Shown here piece by piece: positions 15,415 to 22,207 of a stretch of 37,912 bases of DNA (position 1 is its first letter; each line of letters starts with the position of its first letter). The notes beneath the pieces are model-generated. The model searched no databases. It was not told the origin of the DNA and was given only the letters and a program-made list of their open reading frames with translations. The translations under genes were made by a program, and so were the position numbers. The DNA comes from a virus, in IMG/VR virus record IMGVR_UViG_3300022746_000010, positions 1 through 37,912 of that record; one strand, 5' to 3'.

Positions 15415-16629
15415 ATGCTAAGTGCCCGCCAGGTCAATGCCGCGCTGAAGTCAAAAAAGCCCGAGATTGTGCTGAACGATGGCGCCGCTGGTCGCGGCAC
15501 TGGCAGCCTGCAGCTGGTCGTTCGTCACAATGATGGCCGCACGTCGGCCACCTGGTTCGGCGCCTGGTACGTCGACGGGAAGCTGCGCAAAAAGTCGCTG
15601 GGCCGGTGTCCCGATCTGCCGCTGGTGAAGGCCCGCAGGCTGTACGAAACCCAGGTGCGTGACGCCCTGGCCGAAGGTCGTGACCCGCGCGCCCTGGCCA
15701 TCGAACAGGCCGACGCCACCGTCGAACGGATGTTCCAGGGGTACGTGGCCCACATGCGCCAGCAGGGGCGCAGCAGCGCCGCTGAAGTCGAACTGCAGCT
15801 GCTGACGGGTAAGAACAACGCAGCCGACAAGCTGGGGCGCCAGCGCCTGGTGCCCACAATCACGCCGAACGAAATTTCGGTTCTGCTTGGCCGGATTTAC
15901 GACCGTGGCGCCAGGTCGATGGCCGACCACATGCGGGCCTATCTGTCGGCAGCGTTCAACTGGGCGGCAGCCGCGACGCATGACTATCGTGCCAAAGACC
16001 GCCAGGACTGGGGTCTGAAGTCGAACCCCGTGGACGTGGTGCCCAAGGACAGCGGCGCGTCCAAACCTCGCGAACGTAACCTGTCGGCGGCTGAAATCCG
16101 CGCGCTGTGGCGCGACCTGGATGGCCCAGGCTTTGATCTTGAAACCGCAGCAGCCATTCGCGTGCTGCTGTCGTGCGGGCAGCGCGTGCGCGAAACCCTG
16201 CGCATCGAACGTGGCGAAGTCGACCTGGCTGCGATGGCCTGGGTGATGCCTGCTGAAAAGACGAAAACGAAGCGGGCGCAACACGAAGTCCCACTGCCGC
16301 CACAGGCTGTGCGTGTGCTGCGCCTGCTGATGGCCACCAGGAAAGGTGCCCAGCTGTTCACCATCCAAGACACGTCGATCAATCGGGCGCTGCGTCGGTG
16401 GGCTGAACGCGAAGGTGTCGAACCGTTCCAGACGCGTGACCTGCGCCGGACGTGGAAATCGCGGGCAGGGGACGCAGGCGTCGACCGCTTCACGCGCGAT
16501 CTGATCCAGCAGCATGCCAAGGTCAGCGACACGGGGTCCAAGCATTACGACCACACCGACTACCGGCCACAGCTGCGCCAGGCGATGGCACGCTGGGCCT
16601 GGTGGCTGCGCCGCACGGTGCGGGGTTAG
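15415..16629 (+). CDS. int: Tyrosine integrase, P4-type (DUF4102 arm-binding N-domain)
   Basis: 404 aa. N-terminal: LSARQV...LNDG...GSLQLVV...WFGAWYVDGKLRKKSLG. Catalytic region: GQRVRET, RDLRRTWKS, QQHAKV...SKHY. The usual HxLRRT box reads RDLRRT. Confidence 0.92.
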   Translation: MLSARQVNAALKSKKPEIVLNDGAAGRGTGSLQLVVRHNDGRTSATWFGAWYVDGKLRKKSLGRCPDLPLVKARRLYETQVRDALAEGRDPRALAIEQADATVERMFQGYVAHMRQQGRSSAAEVELQLLTGKNNAADKLGRQRLVPTITPNEISVLLGRIYDRGARSMADHMRAYLSAAFNWAAAATHDYRAKDRQDWGLKSNPVDVVPKDSGASKPRERNLSAAEIRALWRDLDGPGFDLETAAAIRVLLSCGQRVRETLRIERGEVDLAAMAWVMPAEKTKTKRAQHEVPLPPQAVRVLRLLMATRKGAQLFTIQDTSINRALRRWAEREGVEPFQTRDLRRTWKSRAGDAGVDRFTRDLIQQHAKVSDTGSKHYDHTDYRPQLRQAMARWAWWLRRTVRG

Positions 16630-16818
16630 AATTCGCGCACACCAAGACTGCTGTGGTTTGAATGGTTCACGCGGTTGCCGCCGTAAGGTTTGCGCTGCCT
16701 CTGGTAAATCCACCACAGACCACAGCCGTGTTGGTGAAAGCAGATTCCGAACCCGACTTGCATTCGCTTATGGCAGCCTGTCCTTCGGTGCAGTGAGTAG
16801 CCAACACCCCACGCCATC

Positions 16819-17034
16819 ATGGACATCGCAGACCAAGCCAACGACCTGATCGAAAAAGAAACCGCAGCGCGCCTGGCCACGCGCCAGGTGATGATGCTGC
16901 AGCCCTGCGGGTCGTGCCATAACTGCGGGGAAGACATCGAACCAGGCCGCGTGTTCTGCGCTGGCGTCGACTGTCGCAACGACTACGACAAACGCCTTCG
17001 GGCACAAAAAAACCGACCCGTAGGTCGGTTGTAA
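16819..17034 (+). CDS. Small zinc-ribbon protein (TraR/DksA-like helix plus CxxCG..I...R, then FCxxxxC)
   Basis: 71 aa. C33-x2-C36-G-E-D-I-x-x-G-R ... F-C47-x4-C52. No clear SD, so the start is uncertain. Confidence 0.45.
   Translation: MDIADQANDLIEKETAARLATRQVMMLQPCGSCHNCGEDIEPGRVFCAGVDCRNDYDKRLRAQKNRPVGRL
17006..17030 (-). terminator. Intrinsic terminator of the late/lysis operon
   Basis: Minus strand reads AACCGACC-TACG-GGTCGGTT followed by TTTTT. It lies inside the last codons of the convergent zinc-ribbon ORF. Confidence 0.75.
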
Positions 17035-17064
17035 AGGCCGGTTTTACCCAGCAAGGGGAAATCT

Positions 17065-17589
17065 TCAGGCGAACATCGTTTCGGCTGTCTGCTGAACGTG
17101 ATCGACACGCGCCAGCCAGCCTTTGATGAACTTCACCTGCGACGGGTCGCGGTCGACCAGTCCTTTGTAAAACGATTCTTTCGCAGCGCTGAACTGGTCC
17201 AGTGCGTGCTTCGGGTCGGCCTTGGCCACAGCGCCCATCGTGCCAGGACCGATGGCGCCGTCGGCGGTCACGCCCACAGCCTGCTGCAAGAACTTGGCAG
17301 CGCGGCCAGGTCCGGCGTTCACGGCGAAGTCGAACACAGCATAATCCAGGCCACCAGGCAGGTCGTCGCCGTGGACCTTGTCCCAGTAGAGTTTCTTGTA
17401 GAACGGCTTCACCGTATCGACGGTCAGCGCGCGCATTTCGCCGTCGGCGATGGGGCGGCCCAGGTACTCGGACCAGGCTTTCTTTGTGACGCCCAGGTTC
17501 GTTTCGCCGCCGTGGTCGTGCGGGTCGTTTACATAGCCGCCTTCGGATTTGATGATCTGCGCAAACGCAGCATCGAAGTTTTGTTTCAT
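17065..17589 (-). CDS. Endolysin: glycoside hydrolase family 108 plus PG_binding_3 domain
   Basis: 174 aa. Signature EGGYVNDPHDHGGETNLGVT. The C-terminal half resembles a peptidoglycan-binding domain. No signal or SAR segment. Confidence 0.88.
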   Translation of the reverse strand: MKQNFDAAFAQIIKSEGGYVNDPHDHGGETNLGVTKKAWSEYLGRPIADGEMRALTVDTVKPFYKKLYWDKVHGDDLPGGLDYAVFDFAVNAGPGRAAKFLQQAVGVTADGAIGPGTMGAVAKADPKHALDQFSAAKESFYKGLVDRDPSQVKFIKGWLARVDHVQQTAETMFA

Positions 17590-17592
17590 GGT

Positions 17593-18075
17593 TTACCTTT
17601 CAAGTAGTGTGCCGCGCACGTCGTTGTAAAAATCAATCAGGGCATTCAGTTGCCGGATGGCGTCGTCGCCTTCGGCTGCGATGTCGAGAAGTTTTCGAGC
17701 AGCTGCTGGGTCAAGTTTGCACTGCGCTTTGATGCCAGGTCGGGCGGCAGCAGGGGCGCTTGGGGCGGGTTGAACGGCACCACAGGGGACTGACAGCCAC
17801 ATAGAGCCAGACAGCAGGCCATCAGCCACGCGGTTGTTTTCAGTTTTTGCATTGTCTTGGGCCTTTCGTAATTCCAGCGCGTGGTTGTTGGCGCGCTCTT
17901 GCATTTCGCGCTCTTTTACCCGCGCTTCGTCGTTCAGCCTGGCGACTTCGATTTGCATTTCGGTCGTGGCGTCGTGGTGGCCTTTGTAGTAGCCACCGCC
18001 GAACGCGCTGCTGATCGCCAGCATCACACCGATGATCACCCAGGGGTTAGGCAGCAGGCCGAACATTTTCGTCAC
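17593..18075 (-). CDS. Rz: i-spanin (Rz-like)
   Basis: N-terminal TM segment (PWVIIGVMLAISSAFGGGYY), a coiled coil, and an embedded lipoprotein gene. GTG start at 18075, or ATG at 18066. Confidence 0.75.
   Translation of the reverse strand: MTKMFGLLPNPWVIIGVMLAISSAFGGGYYKGHHDATTEMQIEVARLNDEARVKEREMQERANNHALELRKAQDNAKTENNRVADGLLSGSMWLSVPCGAVQPAPSAPAAARPGIKAQCKLDPAAARKLLDIAAEGDDAIRQLNALIDFYNDVRGTLLER
17646..17852 (-). CDS. Rz1: o-spanin (Rz1-like lipoprotein) fully embedded in the Rz gene in another frame
   Basis: Sequence: MQKLKTTAWLMACCLALCGC-QSPVVPFNPPQAPLLPPDL. It has a signal peptide and lipobox, and the mature part is proline-rich. Confidence 0.75.
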   Translation of the reverse strand: MQKLKTTAWLMACCLALCGCQSPVVPFNPPQAPLLPPDLASKRSANLTQQLLENFSTSQPKATTPSGN

Positions 18076-18418
18076 CGTTGTCGTTGTCGATCACCACGGT
18101 CTGCGTGACCTGTGGTTCTGGTTCGGGTGCTGGTGCAGGTGTCGACATCGCCTTCGCGCCCAGAATGATGGCCAGCACAGAGAAAATCTGCACGGCGATC
18201 AACTCGAGTATGCGGTAGTTCTGCTTGTCCGCTGGCGCCATGTCCAGCATGGGCTGTTCGGAGAAAACCACGCTATATGCCAGCAAACCCGCGATCATCA
18301 CCAGAATGGTGACGAATCCACGCAGGATCATCCGTTTGCTGTTCGCTTCGATCTGTTCAGGCGTCAGGGCTGGGCCACGCCAGGCGTCGATGTACTGTTT
18401 GAATTCACTTGGGGTCAT
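18047..18418 (-). CDS. Candidate holin (two TM segments)
   Basis: 123 aa. TM1 ILRGFVTILVMIAGLLAYSVVF and TM2 ILELIAVQIFSVLAIILGA. It lies immediately upstream of Rz and overlaps it. The C-terminus is acidic rather than basic. Confidence 0.55.
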   Translation of the reverse strand: MTPSEFKQYIDAWRGPALTPEQIEANSKRMILRGFVTILVMIAGLLAYSVVFSEQPMLDMAPADKQNYRILELIAVQIFSVLAIILGAKAMSTPAPAPEPEPQVTQTVVIDNDNGDENVRPAA

Positions 18419-18590
18419 GGTTGCGTTTCCTTAAATATTCAGGGCAGGTTTGCGTGGCCTCGCAGATCGGCGGTTTGCAGTCTTCTTTTTCCCAGTTCTT
18501 CGGGTCTTGGCAGTGGTAGCGGTAGCGTTCTTGGCACGCTGTCGCGCCCATCATCACCACCAGCACCAGGATCAGTTTCAGTTTATTCAT
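18405..18590 (-). CDS. Cys-rich small lipoprotein (61 aa precursor)
   Basis: ATG at 18590 with AAAGG upstream. Sequence MNKLKLILVLVVMMGATAC carries the lipobox ATAC. The mature 42 aa contains 4 further Cys. Confidence 0.55.
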   Translation of the reverse strand: MNKLKLILVLVVMMGATACQERYRYHCQDPKNWEKEDCKPPICEATQTCPEYLRKRNHDPK

Positions 18591-18780
18591 CTTGGCCTTT
18601 CTTGAATCGTTCCCGTTCGTCACGCAGCAGCACGATGGCCTTGTCGACTTCTCGTTTGTGGTGCACCAGAACTGCGTCGACCGTCATCAGCCGCAGCAGC
18701 AAGATCACAAAGCACACAAACAAAATGCCGATGACCACGCACAGCAGAATGATCACCCCATTGTTGTCGTGTTTAGCCAT
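18583..18780 (-). CDS. Small single-pass membrane protein with a highly charged C-terminus (65 aa)
   Basis: ATG at 18780. Sequence: MAKHDNNGVIILLCVVIGILFVCFVILLLRL...HHKREVDKAIVLLRDERERFKKGQDE. Confidence 0.45.
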   Translation of the reverse strand: MAKHDNNGVIILLCVVIGILFVCFVILLLRLMTVDAVLVHHKREVDKAIVLLRDERERFKKGQDE

Positions 18781-19478
18781 ACGCAGCCCATCAAAACCCA
18801 AAAATAGAAAACCAGTCCAAGCCCGACAGACCAGGCGATGCTGCGGTCGATGCGGTCATTCCGTTCGTTCCACAGTTGCGCGTCGCGCTTTGCCTTTTCT
18901 CGCTTTTGCTTCAGCTGCCTGGCCTCTTGGCCAGCTTTCACCTTGTCGTTCATCGCGTTGAACCGCGTCCACAGCGGCCCCAGCTGTGACGGTGCGCGCA
19001 CGCGCATCATTTCGCTGAGTTTCATATACGCGCCGTCGACCTCGGCCTGCAGCGTTGTCAATTCCAGAACTTCTTTCGGGTCGATTACGTCCTTCCCGAA
19101 AACTTCGTCGTATCGCTTGGCGATGTAAGCCGCCAGCGTGCCGTGGTTTGTGAAGAACTCGCCCAGGTGTCCGATGAACTGCTGAACGATTTCGTCTTCG
19201 GTGGGGATGTGCGTTGTGTATTCTTCGCGCTTGCGTGACTTCGCGGCTGGCGCGGCTGCAGCGGCCACTGGTGCAGCTGGTGCGGGCGCTGGCTTGATGC
19301 CGAACAGCCCTCTGATGATCGACCAGATACCCTTGGCATCCTTGACGATCTGCTGTGCTTGCTCTGCAGCCTTTTTGATTTTTTGGACCTGCACGGTCCC
19401 TTCGCCCAGGCATTCGCAACAATACTGAATGCCGCTGTAAGCGGCCCGCAGTGCTGCAAGTGCTGTGAACGGGTCCAC
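18753..19478 (-). CDS. Tail-anchored membrane protein, unknown function (about 241 aa; start uncertain)
   Basis: GTG at 19478 (the alternative GTG is at 19550). It has a YCCEC cluster, an Ala/Pro linker, a basic coiled coil and a C-terminal TM segment IAWSVGLGLVFYFWVLMGCVWL. Confidence 0.5.
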   Translation of the reverse strand: MDPFTALAALRAAYSGIQYCCECLGEGTVQVQKIKKAAEQAQQIVKDAKGIWSIIRGLFGIKPAPAPAAPVAAAAAPAAKSRKREEYTTHIPTEDEIVQQFIGHLGEFFTNHGTLAAYIAKRYDEVFGKDVIDPKEVLELTTLQAEVDGAYMKLSEMMRVRAPSQLGPLWTRFNAMNDKVKAGQEARQLKQKREKAKRDAQLWNERNDRIDRSIAWSVGLGLVFYFWVLMGCVWLNTTTMG

Positions 19479-19479
19479 A

Positions 19480-19755
19480 TCACTTGGGCAGCGTGTTGAA
19501 CCAGGCTGATAGTTTGACCACCAGGCCGCCAACGGCAGCCGATGCGCCACCGACCATCATCAGCACACGCCAGCCACCCTTGGCTTCGGACAGTGTGGCG
19601 TTGATGGTCGCCAAGGCGGTGGTGAAGTCAGCGCGCATGCCTGAAAACTCGCGGCGTAATTCGGCGATTTCGTCACGTAGATCGCGCACGTCACGTTCCA
19701 ATGCTTCGATTTGCGCTTCATGTTTTCCAAGGTCGCGCTGAACTTCTTCGCCCAT
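19480..19755 (-). CDS. Coiled-coil protein with C-terminal TM anchor (91 aa)
   Basis: GAAGG lies upstream. Heptad region: EAQIEALERDVRDLRDEIAELRREF. C-terminal TM: WRVLMMVGGASAAVGGLVVKLSAWF. Confidence 0.6.
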   Translation of the reverse strand: MGEEVQRDLGKHEAQIEALERDVRDLRDEIAELRREFSGMRADFTTALATINATLSEAKGGWRVLMMVGGASAAVGGLVVKLSAWFNTLPK

Positions 19756-19757
19756 AT

Positions 19758-20006
19758 TTAGCCTTCAGTGGATGGGATGACGTCGACAGCGGGAATTGCC
19801 GCCGCATTCGGTTCTGTTGGGATCGCCGGTGCTTCAGGTGTCGCAGGCGGTGCGGGTGGCGCTGCAGGTGCGGGCTGTGCCTGCGCCTGGCACTGCTGCA
19901 GCACTTCGTCCAGCACGCGGCGGCTGATCTTGTGCGGCAGTTCTTCCAGGCCAGCCAGGATCACGTTGATCGCTTCAGGCGCCAGTTTGAGTTCGATGGT
20001 TTTCAT
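19758..20006 (-). CDS. Hypothetical protein with Pro/Ala-rich tail (82 aa)
   Basis: AAGGGGA-AACC-ATG start at 20006. Confidence 0.55.
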   Translation of the reverse strand: MKTIELKLAPEAINVILAGLEELPHKISRRVLDEVLQQCQAQAQPAPAAPPAPPATPEAPAIPTEPNAAAIPAVDVIPSTEG

Positions 20007-20033
20007 GGTTTCCCCTTTGTGGTTGTAAAACAA

Positions 20034-20321
20034 TTACCAAGGCTTGCCGCGCAACACGGGCGGGTTTTTCTGCGCCTCGATCTGTGCGGCCAGCGACTGT
20101 TCGACGTCGGCTTTGCCCAGCTTGGCTTGCACCCAGCTGATGACGTCGTGTTCGGTCAGCTTGTCGAACTCGATGAACGTGTCGGCGCGCTCAAAGCTAA
20201 CCGTGCCGTATGTGCTGGCGGTGAATTCGCCGTCCACTGCGGTCACGCTGTAGTGGCCGACAGTCACCAGGCCGTCGGTGGCTTCACGTTCAAGTTCGTT
20301 GATGGTCCAAGTGGTTTGCAT
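20034..20321 (-). CDS. Hypothetical acidic protein downstream of the tail fibre gene (95 aa; possible fibre accessory)
   Basis: AAGGAAA lies upstream. Assignment is by position only. Confidence 0.55.
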   Translation of the reverse strand: MQTTWTINELEREATDGLVTVGHYSVTAVDGEFTASTYGTVSFERADTFIEFDKLTEHDVISWVQAKLGKADVEQSLAAQIEAQKNPPVLRGKPW

Positions 20322-20333
20322 GGTGTGGTTTCC

Positions 20334-22205
20334 TTATTCGTACAGAATGTTAATCGAACCGGCGTCGAACGTGTCGGTGCCGTTCACGGTGGTGATGCGC
20401 ACAGCGGTCAGTGCGGCACCCAGCGACACCGCGCCAGCAGAAAACGACGCGCCGTTGCTGCCGTTGCGCGCCAGCGTGCCACCTTCGACCCAGGTGTTCG
20501 AACCGATGGTGCTGATCGTGATCACGCCGCTGGCTGTGTCACTGGCCACGAAGTTGCTCGACACGACAAAACCTGCGGTGCTGTTGCTTGCGGCCACAGA
20601 CGCCAAGCCGGTGACGACTTGCGACGCGTAGCCGCTGGTCGTGAATGTTGTCGAACCAGTGCCCAGCTGCACCAGCAGGTTACTGGTGCCGGACAGCGAC
20701 ACGCCACCGAAGTTGATCGTGATGCGCTTCACCCACGATGGGATGGCTGTGAAGTCTTTCGTCGTGCCAGATGTGGTTGCCTGGCTGGTGCCGGACACCA
20801 GCGGGCGCAGCGTTGCCGTGCCATCATTGATCGTGCCGCTGACGGACAAGTTCGTCGCGCCAGGGTCGGTGGTGTTGCCGATTGACATGCCACCGCTGGC
20901 GAAGATACGGGCGCGTTCTGTGTCATTAGTTTGGAAAGCAATATAGCCAGTCGAACGACCATCACCAATGATGCGTGTGTATCCACCAGTGTTTGTGGCT
21001 TGAAAATCTAAACGACTGTAATTTAAGGTTGCGTCATTAACTAATCCAAGTCCCGCACCATAAGTGCTTTCAGATTGAATTGTAAATTTTGAAAAGCCAG
21101 TAGTAAGACCAAGGTAAAGCTTCCCACTAGCATCAAGCGTCATTGCTTGGGTGAAGGTGATAGCTGTCCCTGCTGTGCCGGAAGGTGCGTTGTACCAGTA
21201 ATGTGCCCCGCTGCTTTGAACGTAGTTACTGGCTGCGGCAGTTGTCAGATACAAGTTACTAGAACCGTTGAAATAGTAATTGTCGCCAAAAGCTAAGTTG
21301 CCTGAAGCAAATCTCACAGACCCCGTTGTGCCAAACTGCTGCGCTTTATAACCACCACCCCAAGCACTAGGCGTAAGTCCCAAGCCTAGGTTGCCTACAG
21401 CATCAAGCGTCATTAAAGCAGTATTGCTGTCGTTCGTTGCCCAGTTAAATGATGGATTTACCGATGAACCACCGTTGATAAACCAAACTTTATGGTTCGC
21501 ATCATCAACAGCAAGAGATAGACGAGTTGCTCCGGCAGTGCCTGTCGTATTGGCGATTTTGAATTGAGCGCCGTTTGTGGTGCTTCCGTTTGCGCCAAAT
21601 ACTGTCAAAGGATTTGAAGGCGAACTCGTACCAATACCCAGGTTGCCAGCGCTATCCAGGCGCATCTTTTCAGCGCCGTTGATGCCAAATTGCAGAGCGA
21701 TGCTGCTATAGCTGGAAACAAAAAACCCAGTGCTTGTCGAGAAAATCGAGCCGCGAGTTGTGCCGCCGTCTTGAAAATCTATCTCGCCACCGCCTGTCGT
21801 TGCGGTGCCGTTGATGGTCAGTGTTTTGTAGCCTGCATAATTGTTTGGTGTTGCCGTTCCAAGGCCCAAATTTGTGCCATCAAAAACCAGTACCGCGCCA
21901 GTGGTTAGCTGTTTGCTTGCGTTCAGGTACGGCACGCCGTTCGCAGCACCACCAGACAGCGTCACGTTGCCCGATGCGCTTAAATCTTGGAATGCGAACG
22001 AAGTCGACAGGATTGCCCACACCGTGCCGTTGTACTTTTCGAACCGGTTGTTCGCGCTATTCCAGCGCACCGCGTTCGTGGGCACGTTGGTCGCGGTCGT
22101 GTTCGCAGGGTCCAGGCCCAGCGCCAGGTCTGCGATCTTCGCGTTCAGGTACGCCAGGAAATTGGCGTAAGTGTCAGTCGTCGCCGGTTTGTTGAAATCA
22201 GCCAT
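20334..22205 (-). CDS. Tail fibre / receptor-binding protein
   Basis: 623 aa, rich in Gly/Ser/Thr/Asn. Repeated motifs: MRLDSAGNLGIGT, MTLDAVGNLGLGL and MTLDASGKLYLGL. The C-terminal beta-rich domain ends FDAGSINILYE. Confidence 0.8.
   Translation of the reverse strand: MADFNKPATTDTYANFLAYLNAKIADLALGLDPANTTATNVPTNAVRWNSANNRFEKYNGTVWAILSTSFAFQDLSASGNVTLSGGAANGVPYLNASKQLTTGAVLVFDGTNLGLGTATPNNYAGYKTLTINGTATTGGGEIDFQDGGTTRGSIFSTSTGFFVSSYSSIALQFGINGAEKMRLDSAGNLGIGTSSPSNPLTVFGANGSTTNGAQFKIANTTGTAGATRLSLAVDDANHKVWFINGGSSVNPSFNWATNDSNTALMTLDAVGNLGLGLTPSAWGGGYKAQQFGTTGSVRFASGNLAFGDNYYFNGSSNLYLTTAAASNYVQSSGAHYWYNAPSGTAGTAITFTQAMTLDASGKLYLGLTTGFSKFTIQSESTYGAGLGLVNDATLNYSRLDFQATNTGGYTRIIGDGRSTGYIAFQTNDTERARIFASGGMSIGNTTDPGATNLSVSGTINDGTATLRPLVSGTSQATTSGTTKDFTAIPSWVKRITINFGGVSLSGTSNLLVQLGTGSTTFTTSGYASQVVTGLASVAASNSTAGFVVSSNFVASDTASGVITISTIGSNTWVEGGTLARNGSNGASFSAGAVSLGAALTAVRITTVNGTDTFDAGSINILYE
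20925..21900. other. Low-GC patch inside the tail fibre gene
   Basis: Hand counts: 38% GC (21001-21060) and 43% (21421-21480), against 68% (20401-20460). Confidence 0.7.
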
Positions 22206-22207
22206 TT

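Noticed and set aside
16514-16979. ORFs in and around the spacer between int and the zinc-ribbon gene (16514-16849 plus strand, 16626-16979 minus strand), and imperfect CTGTGGT/ACCACAG repeats at about 16645-16715
   Set aside because: The ORFs overlap int or the zinc-ribbon gene, lack an SD and have implausible composition. The inverted repeats are short and imperfect, so I found no convincing ncRNA structure.
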